From Tubulanus polymorphus (lineage: Eukaryota; Animalia; Nemertea), in NCBI RefSeq assembly GCF_964204645.1, contig NC_134031.1:7192001-7256000 (forward strand): DNA of 64,000 bases. The letters are read 5' to 3'. The position numbers and the translations under genes are program-made. The notes below the pieces were generated by a model. It ran no database searches. It worked only from the letters and a program-made list of their open reading frames with translations, and had not been told where the DNA came from. This document shows positions 1-13,700 of this stretch, one piece after another (the stretch's first letter is position 1; each line of letters starts with the position of its first letter).

Positions 1-480
1 AAATTCAATATTTAATCGGAAACGTTCCATTTTTCATACGTTCTAATTTTAGGAAGTGTGGTGATTCTAAACCATTCAGTTTGATAAAAAGATAGGGATT
101 TGGTTTTGCAGTGTGAAATAACTGTCTTAATCGTATAGAACTACATGATATATTCTTTCATGTTCATATTGAGCTATATCTAATTTGTGCATAATTGATT
201 TAACCTCTTTACACCAGGTATTTTTGTCAGAGATGAATAATAGTCCCACGAGGAATACTTTTCTAGTAATTCTATAAACTGTTAAACTGCATAAACGGAA
301 CCACAGAATATTGTATGCTAATACCATTAACGAACAGTGGGATAAACCGAGAATCAAGAAAATCAAAAAGAAGACAAATGTCTTAACCAAAACTATTATC
401 GTCTTCTTGATTTCCAAGTCTGTTCCGAGTATAAACCGATGAGTTAAAAGTCTTGTAATAATTTTATTAGTACACTGGAG
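1..480 (-). pseudogene. Decayed non-LTR retrotransposon (LINE) ORF2 C-terminal fragment
   Basis: Minus-strand pieces NTWCKEVKSIMHKL and TEWFRITTLPKIRTYEKW resemble the W..KLRTY motif at the C-terminus of LINE ORF2. The fragment is frameshifted. Confidence 0.5.
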
Positions 481-2348
481 AATAAAATGTCATTTAATCG
501 GTTTATGAGAAAATGCGTCGTTCTTTTTTCACACGTTAGATTATTTGCGATATCTCGTGAGATTTGAAAACTTTATTCGTTTCATTAAACACGATAACAC
601 TTCGTCTTACGGCCGCCATATTGACCACAATTTTATACCTTTTTCTATCAGACGTGAGTTTTCTACGACGCTGACTTTCTCGCTTCGTTCGCGCTAATTC
701 GCAGCCCCCGGGGACATATTTCTTTAAAGACGTCCTCGACACGTTGCCGATGGCGTGTGCTCGCCCAAACACCTCAATTACTCAAGGAGCTTACGCTGAC
801 AGTATGAATTGAAATCTCGCCTTAATACCATTGTTGCGTATCTTAGCCGCACGTGCATAGACGGATGCGCTGGCGATATGACGGGTGTCCGAGACGCATT
901 TTAACAAAAAGATACTTCAATGATTTTAACTTTTCGCTAAAGACGTTAGATTATGGTGAAGAGTACTCGCTTTTCTTACTAATTATTTTCTTGTACGGGA
1001 TTAATGTAACCGAGTATGGCTGGACGGGTTGCCGCGTGTCGGTTACCCGCAGTTTCCATCTGTAGCTACGTACGTCTCTACTTCACGCACCATAGAACAA
1101 TCTCGATGAATTTTGACATTTGACCCCCAACGCGGCGGCTGTGTGAAAACCTGCGACAGTTTGGTACAGAACTTGAAAACACACCGAGTCCTTACATCGC
1201 CCTACCGTACTTTCGACAGATTGGCTAAATTTGATTCTGGAGCTAGATAACGAAAATGAACCATTTCAAATGTCCAGTCCGACAACATACAATTTCTAGA
1301 GGTTCTTGAAGATACAGCGCGTCATATTGACCGTCGATTGTGACTCTCAATGACGTGTTAACAATGTCTCGAAAATGTTTGGTTCTAACGCGCGACCTGG
1401 TAGATGACGGGGGCTTGAGTATTGTATGACAGTCGTTGATGCAGCTTATTGATTTCCTTGAAAGTTAATATACAAATGAAGGAAAGAAAGAAGACTGTAG
1501 TACGTACCTTACAAACAACCTTGAAATCGGAGCAAATTACCATAACTACATGAAACGATGTGACGTACCACGTCAAAAAAAACAATTCATCATCTAGACT
1601 GGGCTGGTTTTTAAACGGGTAAGATTAGTTATGATCGGAATGGCTCGTTCGACAATGGACAACTCAGACATAGACTTTCACTAAACCGTACGTTTGCTCA
1701 TGACATGTAAATCCACGCGTTTGACATACAAATCGGTACTTTCATTTAACGAATATTCGGTTCCAGTTTGTTCGATATTGCGCCGATTTGTGTCAGTAAT
1801 CAAATTGAGAATATACGAATGTGGTGAAGAAAGGTTACGGATCTGGTAGAGAGAACTCAAATCGTTGTTTTACCGGAATTAGCAGGGAACACCGGGGAAA
1901 TCGAAACCATCGATAAATTGCGTCCTATTCGAATCGAATAAAAAGCGACGACAAACGATTCAATCAGAGAGGCGTCTAAGCGTGTGAACTCCTGGTCATT
2001 CTCATTGTCCAGTTTGTAACACCGAACACTGGATATTTTAAGGGCACATATGCCAGCCATTAGTGTCTATTGGATGAAATAAAACCAGAGTTTTCACTAA
2101 TCTATCCCCGTCTGTTTTACCGGTTATCATAAAAACTAGATCCGAAGCATCGGCTGCCCCTATTGACCGCATCACTGCATGATTCCTGTTGTATCCAAAC
2201 AACGAGAGAAAAACCATTGGAAGAAATGGAAGTGGGTCCAATATCACAGAACGACTTGTAGAGATTTGAACTTAAGGCGGTATGAGGTCCTTCGCGGACA
2301 AAGCGATGCGACCGGTTTCGACTGATCGCAAATGGGGCTAAGTTCGAC

Positions 2349-2378
2349 CATGGACTCTAAATCGTTTTAGAGTTCATG
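2349..2378. mobile_element. 30-bp CATGG...CATG palindrome with perfect 7-bp TSD (P-like footprint or mini-element)
   Basis: gttcgac|catggactctaaatcgttttagagttcatg|gttcgac. Confidence 0.8.
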
Positions 2379-2479
2379 GTTCGACTGTGACGCATTTGTC
2401 AGCGGCGTTACGCAACTATGTCAGTTGCAAGAGCGAACCGAATTTCCCAATTCATGTACTTCGATTTAAACAAAAGATT

Positions 2480-2615
2480 CTGTAATTTTGACCGTCGATC
2501 ACAAAACTATATCTGTACAGGTACTTCAATTTCCGATTTCAAAATCAAACCCCCTGTTCGCTCCCGGCAGGTGTGGTGTGTTTGTAGAGGACACCAACTC
2601 AAAAAATCAAACGAA
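2480..2615 (+). mobile_element. Interspersed repeat (SINE-like 3' end); second copy at ~39965-40100
   Basis: Both copies share atatctgtac...tcgctcccggcaggtg(t/c)ggt...cacca and end in an (AATC)n-like tail. Confidence 0.6.
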
Positions 2616-3061
2616 ATTTACCAATCGAATAGATAACATGGTCAATCCCTATTTTAACGATCAAAATTCCTGGTTGTAATCATAGACTGATTACTTCAAG
2701 AAAACATACACAGTCTGAAACTGCTTCTCGTGACTGGAACTCAAGAGACGATCGTGTCGCAGTGGACCTAATCGCGGGCTGCGAAAATGGATAGCCACGT
2801 TTCGAGTCTGCGATACTGTCGGTTGCAAAGGAATACTGGATTTCCAACCACTACTCAGAACCTGAATCATGCAGGTTTGATTATATTCAGCGGTGAAAAG
2901 TTACCTCGAAAGGTTCAATATTATATAACCTAACCCAGGGTGCTTACGGGTTTCCCAATTTCATTTTCCATTACTTTTCCTCAGACAGATCACAAATTTT
3001 CACCCCTTAACGTTAGTTACACATTGCCAACCTGGAACAAGCAATGTAGGGCCATTCAAAG

Positions 3062-3101
3062 CATGGACGTGTGAATCTAGTTTATAGGGCCTACGTCCAT
3101 G
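3062..3101. mobile_element. 40-bp CATGGACGT...ACGTCCATG remnant with perfect 7-bp TSD, same termini as the element at 58844-60055
   Basis: ttcaaag|catggacgtgtgaatctagtttatagggcctacgtccatg|ttcaaag. Confidence 0.85.
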
Positions 3102-4793
3102 TTCAAAGTAAACACGCGCCAATTATCAATACCATCGACAAAGTGTTTTCATAAAGTTTGTTATCTAAGAGTAGTAAGACATTTAGGCATATAGCCTACG
3201 ATTAGGAATAGCAGGAAAATTTCATTTTGCGACCATTTTCTGATTTTCCACACCCTATTCATATGGAGAAAAGAACAAAATTTCCAGAGCTTTTCCAGGG
3301 CCCGGAAAAAAAGGTCTATATCATCTGATGCCAGTTCCACATCGATAGGCCACCATGTCTAGTTTGTAGTTGCACAGTAAACTACCCCTAAATCAATATT
3401 TGGGACTTGCATTTTTCTAATTAGAATTAAAGTTTAGGTACCACCAAATTAACGGTTTACTGAGATAAACGGTACCGATCTAAGAGTCGTCTTAAGTAGT
3501 TAGGCTATTAAAGTGATGCAGACGCTTCCACAAATTGTTTTCTTTTCCTAACTCCTTATATCCAGGAATGGCAGATCTTGTAGGGACCAACAACAAAAAT
3601 CAATTAATAACGTCAATTCAAACTTTTCTGATTGAAACATTTATATATTTATTCTTACAAAGCACATTTTAGTAACATTTATTTCACTGAAAGCGTTAAC
3701 AACAAATTTTAAAATGCTTAGCATTCGATATATTAAAGAAAGACGTTTCTGGAATTATTGAATTAATAAAACCATATAAGAGGTTAGTATAACCTCAACC
3801 CTGTCAGAACACCGTCAAACCAGGGGTACAATTTCAGACAAAAAAATACGATTGAGTTGAATCGCTGATTTCTATTGGGTATTGGCATTAAGTAACACCG
3901 ATTGCAACAAAAATCTAAGTTTTGATTTGAACTTTATGGTTTATTTTGTGAAGCTGGCCGATGGTCCATTTTCACAAAAAAGGTTAACTAAGAATTGTGG
4001 TTACTTCTCGCGTTGTCAACGAGGACAACAATTCAAACTTAATCGATTAATGCTTAAATTTTTTTCATGAAAATGGACACTGGAGCCAGTCGCTCAAAAG
4101 ATTGATGGTGATCAATGCACGGATACCATTGCAACCATGAATTTTTTCTCTAATCGTCACTATGCCGTTCATCCGTATTCAACTACTGCAACCGATGGCC
4201 CCCGTGATTGAAAACTTTAAATCCACTCTTAAAAATGCCGATGCAAAAAAAACGGTACCCCCGAAAGCGCGAAAATTCACCTTTTTCACACACGACTATT
4301 TACAAGAGTTCGAACTTGTTTAGATTACCGGAACAGTGAAAACGTTACATAACACCAAATGACACCTGATTATCGAGTTGTATCTTCCGAATATGACACG
4401 ATAAAAACATCCTTTATATCTATCAACATTATCGCACATTATAATAATTACCATGATAATTATCATAGTTATCATGATAATATCTTTAATCTGTAGCAGA
4501 AGAGGAGACAACGAATAATTTTTGTGCTCACAGAAGAATAAATTCATACAAATGCAAGTGAGTTTTATTTTTTTGTTGTTGTTGATTTAGATTCAGTCCG
4601 CTGAATGCAAAAATTTTGTAGTGTATATCACAGAAGATTATTTAACACCGACAATATAGATACACTGTTTCTATGACGATGATGTTTTACGCTGTAAAAA
4701 CACGTATCCATGACAACAACAGCCTTCCACAGCGTAATCGTTTCTATAGCGACTTGTTTCATCTCTGAGACATGGGTACCGGGTACCTTTCAC

Positions 4794-7700
4794 TCATTTC
4801 GTAATGGCGCGGCGTTTCGGCATGTGACTAGCGAATTGAGGGCGTTTCAATATTGCGATGTTTTCCCGGCATTTCCGTTGCAAGCATACGTCGTCTAGAA
4901 GCTGTACTGGTATTGCCACCTGGTGAAATAAATCAAGGAAAATGATCAGCGACGAACGCACGCAGCCTGAACCCACCCCCTCAGACATTCAGTCACCGTT
5001 CTTGCAATATTCCTACATTCTAATGCCTATTTCATCTGTGCTTGAGAGGACGCCAGGCGGCTTGGCTCAGTCAGTTATAGATCTCAATAGGACTAGAACA
5101 GATGAGCAGTTGAACTGAAACATTGATTTTAATCCATTTTACGCTGTACGCTTCAATACAGCACAAATGGATAACAAATCAATGTTTTAGTTCAGCTGCC
5201 CATTTGTGTGGGTCCTTTATTAGATACGTTTGTACTACAAAACATTGACTGAGCTGACCACCTCTCAAGAGAAGTTGAAATAGATACCGCATTGGCATCT
5301 AGACTTCACACATGTTCTGGATTTCACCTCAAATATTTTTGATTGAAATTCAACTTACACCCAAGCAACGAACACCTGGCATTTTATCAACAGAAAGAGA
5401 TCTTCAAGATTTTAAGCTCAATAAATTCAAAATATCCACAGAAGAATAGTGACTTTTCGGCTTAATCCAATGAGCTATTATCAAAACTGATTATTATGGA
5501 TACCAGCATTAGTTTATTTCTGAAGGAGCTGTACAATTGATACTTGCATCGGCTGAAGGTAATTTTGGTTGTGGGAGATTGAGAGCTTTCGCCATTTCTA
5601 CTAGAAATGTCCATTTTACCTAGACTAGGTAAAATGGACAATGATAACCATAGTATCGCCATCTATACAGTGAATTTCAATGAAACGATATTTTCAGACC
5701 GTGGAAATTTTGTGGTCTTTAGAGATATCCGAAATTCGATGGTGTATAATTCATATACCGGTACTAATGATCAGAGAATTATTTCAACAATAAACACCCA
5801 AGTTAAACTATTATCTCCCAGTTTATCAGATCCGACTTGGGTGGAGTCTACTGTATCACACATACAATACAATATACATAAGGCAGTGGCTGCCATTAAT
5901 GATACTGATGATGATGTGAAAATAATCCGTAAGAACAAAATGAGTCCGAAATGTTTCCTTGAGCTAGTATTCATTTAACATTGCGACTACATATATCCTA
6001 ATAGTCATGTTCAGGGATTGAATTAGTGAATAAGTGGATTTCTGTACAGTCATTCTGAAGATGACCAACGAAATATAGGCCTACCTATGGTCGAATAGAA
6101 TGTTAAGCTAATATCTATCATAGTAGCTCACAGAAACATTGCAGACTCTCTCATTCTTAGTGTGAATATCATATTATCTTAACACCAATAAATATAAGCA
6201 GCGATCACACGCAGACGATTTGGCGCGGGCTAAATTGCAACGGATCATGCTCGCGCCAAATTTGACCTGTGCCTAATTAGAGAGCGCGCTCAACCATAAA
6301 CCACTCACTCGATACTAAACAATGCTCAAACAAAGTGAAGTGGGTCATTTCCGGAACCAGTTGCAGTTCAAACTCGATCATTTTTCCCATGCTAAACCAG
6401 GCTTGGGCCCATTTGGCACGCGTGCGAACAGTTGTTCTGGACCAAACTTAGCCCGGGCCAGAAACGCTTGTGTGATGGCGGCTATAGTGAATGCTGTTGT
6501 GGTCAGTCAGTAGTGACTGGTAGGTAGACTGATCTCAGTCCTTCAGAGTTAATGAGCAAAGCCCGCAGTTGATGATATAACAGTTTATTCTGAGTTTGAC
6601 TAAACTTCCATCAAAAGAGAAATGAAAATTTTCATTTTCGTGTCTCTAATGAAGTTTAGTCAAAACTTCAAAACTGTCAGAATAAACCGTTATATCGACA
6701 GCGGGTTTTGTTCGGTAGTTTATAGTTTCTAGGTGCACCTCTCTCGTAGTGCTACTCCATAAGTTCATGCAATTTTAATAGCCCGACTAACCTGAAAATA
6801 CGATTCCCAAGCCGAGGACAATGATTGTATATATTTCTCCCTCTCGAGCTCACTATTGAAGTATAGCACCCATTTAGCCGATGACACAGTGTTTTCTTGC
6901 GATTCAAATTCCTAGAGTTACGTAAATGATCAAAATTCAAAAAGGTATACAAGAAACAGAAATCAACGAAAAGACACTCGAGCAAAGGATCATCGATGGT
7001 AAAACTGACCAGTATACAATACGATTTAGCACCATTATCCACATAGACCGACGTTATATCGGTAATATTAGCACTTCCTAACGTCCGGAAGAAATTCGTC
7101 TGGACGTCCTCTTGACACATGATTAGTTTCGCGTTGGTTAGAACACCACAGCACGGTAAACACGCTTGGCAGTTTTGCTGGGAACCCTGCAAAGTGGGAA
7201 ACAACAATTGAAATACAGTATACCTGCTACTCCGCTGCCTTAATTAGGGCCCAGTTCCACAGTTGCCGGTAAAATTTGACCCTTAAGCCCAAGATGCAGG
7301 GAAACACGACAAACGGGAGTGTTTTCCTGCGTCGTGTGCGTTTATGAGAAAGAAGGTTCCGGGAAACCCTCTGTGATGTGTAGCCAGTCAACAATGACCG
7401 AACAATCAGATGACTATATGACATGGCGCATACCACGGAAGAAACGTGATATCAGAAAGCCGGTTGTAATCAAATGATCAATGGACCAATGCCTTTTTAT
7501 GATGGAATGTAAAGAATAATGCGGTTGAAGCGCAAAAGGCATATTTGATAGAGGACCAATATAATAAAATATAAATATAATAACAAATGACAAATATAAT
7601 ATAGAAATAATAAATTATTTCATTGTTCAACGCCCCCTGGTGGCCATATGCAAAAACCAATGACCTTGAAACTCACCACGATCATAGATCATGTCATGAG

Positions 7701-10700
7701 GTACAACTTTCCAATTGATTGTGGTTACAAAATTTGCTTAAGTATCAATATAATGAGAAAAAACTTTTTTCCACCTACGAATGAGTACTGATGACACCAA
7801 GATGGCCACCAATTGCGTCATTATTGCCTGATCAAATATACCTGTCTCGTGTATAAGAGATCCCTTTCCAAAGAATACCCATCACAAATTGCAATGAAAA
7901 ATGGCAATCTATTAGGAAGCTACAGGACTCAGAATTCAGGCCAAAATTGACATTTTTGGGCACAAAAAAGGTCACAGGACAGCCATCTTTAGTCCAATCG
8001 ACCCAATTTTTCTCATGCTGATGGGCCCTTGGGGGATACAAATATATACGCACGATAAAGGTAGTTGATAAAAGCGTCTTCAAAATTTCCCTCGAAAACT
8101 TCAAAAATGTGTCAAAAGTGCTGATTTTGGCGAACAACAATGGCTGCCAGTCGGCCATCTTGAATCTGAGAGGGCCAATTTTTGGGCTGAAGATGTGTCT
8201 AGGGTAGATACATGTGTAACCCAAATATCAAGACATTACATTGAAGCTTCTTCAAAACTTCCCAAAATAACTGGATTCCATCTATGGATGGACGTACTGA
8301 CACACGACGGACAAAAAGTGAACGCAATAGCCCGCTGGGACTAAAGTCCCAAGTGGGCTAATGAAGTCTTGAGTATAGTAGTGAGTTGATTTGATTAATA
8401 CTTGTATCTGGAGTTTTGAGTGCATTTATAATTAAAGGTGGCTGAGGTTAGATAAGTTAATTTCCGATGTTTTAACTTTTTGAGTCAAATCTTCACCGAG
8501 AACTGAGAAACTGGATCTGTTGTTTTGGGACCAAAAATACTTCAATAATTAGGAAAATTGAAAGATCCACGTATCATCATACATTTATTCCGTCCGCTAC
8601 CGCTTGGCACAGCGCCATCAACCAGCTCTGCAATTCGCCATCGTTCGGCGCAGATAATTGTAATGTCGCCGTACCATTGGTTAATATCACATCGAAACAA
8701 TACTGACGATCATTGTTCGGGTTTCTTCGGCAACCGCTACATTCTTCGCTACTGTAAAATATACGATAAATCGAAATCAAATTTTTCGTGAATTTTCGCA
8801 AAAAATTCTACGATTACTTTTTATGAACATGAAAACAGGTATCGCTTAGGTGAACTTGATTTTACTAGAAATACCATCCTCCCCAGCAGGGATTCGAACT
8901 TGATGGCATCAAGACTTGCCACGGTACTAAACACAAAACCCTGCCATACTAGCCCAAGTAAGCGGCTACAATATGAGCAGCAGCTTAGCTGTCATTAGCA
9001 GATATCCCATTTTATTTCAGCCGGGTATTTATTCATTCATAATCTATCTGTGAAATTTACCTCAGCGACTTTACAACAAGCAATCTGATTCATGCTGCAA
9101 CTTTCGTGCGGCAAACCTGCGCATGCACTCATATTTCTAACAAAATCAAGTTAACCTACAAGTACTACCTTCACGTTTTACTGATTTGACACCAAGTTAA
9201 CACACCTCCTCCACAACTCAATATTATCTATGCATTCAACCGTAATGAAATTTCTCTATTTCGGTTATGAATTTCATTATAAATCATAGATCATAGATCG
9301 TTACCTCAATGGAAGACATAATTTCGGCACCGACAATCGACTATCCTGTTGATCGTCGTATTGATAGAGAACTCCGTCCCTGAAATCACGAAACACAACG
9401 AAATATCAATAAGATTTTGATGTAAATTAATTCACAACAAACAACAGGGAAAGGGACGAGATGCTGTGAAAATTAACTTAAGCGCTTAAGTGTTTCATCG
9501 TTAATGTATATAAACAATTTAATTCATTCATCCTAAATGTACTTGAATAATTAGCTTTTTATAAAAAGCTTGTAAGTAATTAGCTTTGAATTCACTTAAA
9601 ATTTAATAACCCTTAATGTGTTTACTAAATCTGTATATTATTCATTTGATTCACACGTGTTTCACCTGATGAGGTATATAATCTCGAAAAATAGTCGTGT
9701 CAATAAATTGCGTTCAAACTCGTAGGAAAATTAGATTCATATTGTCATCGATTTAATGGATTTTCGATCAACGAAATTGCATTAGGCTAATATTAGTTGA
9801 TATAAAAGTTAAATCCACTGTCACAAAAACAAATTTTTTTCTTTTTCCCTACATTTGGGACAGATTAATCATTCCCATCTTGAAGGAATCTATTTGTTTG
9901 AAATGCAGTCAAACCCGTTATTTCAGATGAGTTTATTCTAGAAATTTAAGGAAATTTATTTACGGTACAGCTTCCTATTGAAACGCATCGCACCCGTGAA
10001 TGAATACCGATGCAAAAATGTACAGTTCGCATTTTAATCGCGTTTAATTTCTTTCCAAAATGCCATTCAATTTTCAGTTTAAATGCAGACGCAACGGAAA
10101 ATAAATATTAGTTATTTCTAAGCTGTACCGTAATTCCAATGTTATGTACACTATGACTGTGATGTTGGAAACCATGCACTCATTGACTGACGAATCGGAT
10201 TCCAAGTTTGAACACTTTTCCTCAATTTTATTAATTTACACCACACTTAAACACTGAAACTAAACAATAGCAAATATCTTACACTTATATCTTGATTTTC
10301 TCATTTCCATTTAATAGCAAAAATGTACATTACTTACGGCTCACAAGCCTTTTTCCTAACCAGTTTGACAAACAGGGACACCATGCTCACTTGGGAAGTG
10401 TTTTTAAATGCACAACAATCTAACAATTTCAATATTCAACGCCCCCTGGTAACCATATACAAAAACCAATGACCTTGAAACTCATCACAATCATAGAACA
10501 TGTTATAAGCTACAACTTTCTAATTCATTGTGGTATCAAAATATGCTTAGGTATCAATATAATGTCGAAAAACTTTTTCCCACCTATGAATGAGTACTGA
10601 TAACACCAAGATGGCTGCAAATTGCGTCATAATTGGCTGATAAAAAATACCTGTCTCAGGTATAAAACATCCCTTTCCAAAGAATACCCATCAGCAATTG

Positions 10701-13700
10701 CAATGAGAAATGGCAAACCAGTAGGAAGCTACAGGACTCAGAATTCAGGCCAAAATTGACATTTTTGGGCACTAAAAAGGTCATAGGACGGCCATCTCGA
10801 GTCCCATCGACCCAAATTTTGTTATACTTATGGGTCCTAGGGGGATTCAAATATATACGAAAGATCAAGGTAATTGATCAAAGCGTCTTCAAAATTTCCC
10901 TCAAAAACGTGTAAAAAGTGCTTATATTGGCAAACAACAATGGCTGCCAGTCGGCCATCTTGATCCTGACAGGGCCAGTTTTTGGGCTGAAGATGTGTCT
11001 AGGGTAGTTACATGTGTAACCCAAATATCAGGACATTACATTGAAGCGTCATCAAAACTTCCCAAAATAACTGGATTCCGTCTACGGACGGACGAAAAGT
11101 GAACGCAAAACCATGACCACGTCACAATGACGCTTAATCTGGATTTCCTCTGAACTGGATCAATTTAGGCAGTCCCAAATGATCCAAATTAAGCTGGCTC
11201 TATCATAAATAATGCCAAAAATACATAAAGAGGACAATTTTTGATAATTTTTGCCCATTACGTTAGAAACGAGTGTATTTGTCTCGCGTTCGAGGGATTT
11301 ACTTCAACACGAATTGAACCTACTTCAAAACGAAATAAGCAGCTTTCCAGATGGATCCGAGCAGGAATGAACTGTGATCTTTATAAAGTAGGATACCCTC
11401 TTTGCTCGTGTGATTATGCATGCATGTTTGCGACGACGAACCGGGGTCTTCCCAATGCACGAGGGTATACCGCAGAACCTCGACGTCATTCACCTGAATA
11501 TAGAACTAGAGTTTTCACAAAACTGATACATACAAACATAACGGGGCTCAAAAATAAATCGAAGTTTTAAACCATGTGAACTTGCATGATTGTGATATTT
11601 TTCAAGGCTTGGTTTTTGACAATGAATAAAAGGTAGGATAATTCTCAGGGCTAACTAATCTCTTTTTGAAACTTCCAGTCGACTTGTATCAGGCATAAAA
11701 CCGGGTCCTGATTACTATATTTACGTATACAAAGTTTTCTTTCTGTACCGAATACAGGGCTGCCAAACTCTGAAAAGTGCTATCAGTAATAAATTGAAAT
11801 TTCTTTCAGTAAAATTTCATTGAAATATGAAAGAAATATAAATAATATAAATATATTAATATAAATTAATCAGATTAATCAACAGTTAGATCCTCAGTAA
11901 CACATTTCATATTTCTGTATGCATCAAACAAATCAAATCAGACTTATTTTCACTGGATAATATAGCTTAACTTACAGCAGCTTTCATCGAGTTCTCTAGA
12001 TTTGTTCTGGGACTTCCTATGATGACATCATTCGGGATTCAGATAGGGTGAATCTGTTGGTGCCTCCCCCTTATTTCGGTTAAACAGGTCATTCCACACA
12101 TTCGAAAGACGACATTCGAAAGATGTCATCAGAGCAAACCCCAGGTGGTGAACAAATCTAGAGAACTAGATGAGAGCTCCAGTCAGTTAAGCTATATTAT
12201 TCAGTGAACATAAGTCTAAATTGTTCAACTATATGAAGAAACCTGGATAGAATGAATCAACACAACTCAAATCAAATCAGTATTTCTGGTTATAAGATAA
12301 ATAACGAGACGAGTAGTGCTTTATAGGTTAGCTATTTATTTGACGCACAAGCTTTCGCTACTAATGTATAGAATCTTCATCATTCACCAGATGAAGCTTC
12401 TATACATTAGTAGCGAAAGCTTGTGCATCAAATAACTAGTTAACCTATATAGTACTACTCAGTCTCGTTATTTATTCTTAACCCGGTTAACACGGCTACT
12501 CAACGAATCTACTCGTTATAAAATAGTAACAAATACTGAAAATCAGGAACAGCCCTGAGAATAATAGTGATTCTCAAGTTGACAGTTGAATTCAAATATC
12601 AATGTAAGCAACACCGAGCCCAACTGGTATTCTAAGTTATGGAAGACCACAGCCTCAGTTGTAACTACTCACCTGGCATCTACATTCCGATGCCAACCAT
12701 TTACGTAGCGTAATCTTTTGAGTCGTCGCGTCAGTCAAAACGCTCAATCGAGGTAAATTTAGATCTTCTTGACGTAGAATCTGATCCAATGTCGACAGAA
12801 AACTCCTACAAAATCGAAGTAACAAGTTACAGAGTTGATGCGTATCGATCTCGATCAACTTAGTTAGGTTTTACTCATAACTCGGGAATTCAGTATCAAA
12901 ACTCGGGTTCAAGTCGCCTGGTTAACTTATCGGATAAAATACAGTTGCACCGCTTAATCCAGATTTCGCACTATTTCGGATATCATTTTTAAGTTTCACC
13001 TAAAATCTACGTCCAGTGGACTATGCCTATAATGATAGTGTCAGGACCGGCAAAACATTACCGGTATAGATTTTCGAATCTTTTTTTTTTCACAATGAAA
13101 AATAGTAGGGATAGAAAATCTTTTCATTATTCTACCGGTTTGAACACATCATCAAACAGACCGGTGCAGCTAAACGCGGAGTTTACTGTAAAATATGATC
13201 ATTCATCCAGATGTTTCAAAGATTAATTTCATCAATCCCATATGGATCCAGATGAAGTCGGATTTACTGTATTCGTTGATGTAAACAGGTAAGCTCTTAT
13301 TTTTGACATTTCACATACTTGGTTAGTTGTTCGTCTCCGGTCGTGATCCAGAATTGTTTTCGTCGATTTGTGCACACAATGTTTATCATCTGATAGTTCA
13401 AACTCAACTACAAAATAGAAAGACCAAATTCATTCACCAGGTTGAGAAAAAATCTGGAAATGGTTGAAGAGAGGTACATTTTCTGTAAAGCCATATTGTA
13501 TAGCAACTGGCAATGTGTAGTAAAGCGGTAGCCTGCTGCATAAACTATCAATGAACCTTTCCGAGTACCGATATTTGGAATCCAACCATGACCTCTTAGC
13601 CGTGTCTACAAACCTACAAATCTTAGCTCTGGCTTCTTTGAACTAGGGACACAAGTCTAACAGTCCCAAACTTTTTTGCGTGATTACTAAACTTACTGAA

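Noticed and set aside
5290-5980. 123-aa ORF or possible extra PLEKHM2 exon
   Set aside because: The PLEKHM2 model is complete without it (6792 splices to 4919). At most a very decayed LINE fragment.
7832-8224. 130-aa ORF and similar ORFs at 10656-10868 and 35488-35700
   Set aside because: Incidental frames inside copies of the HINE-like repeat; not conserved as a full ORF.
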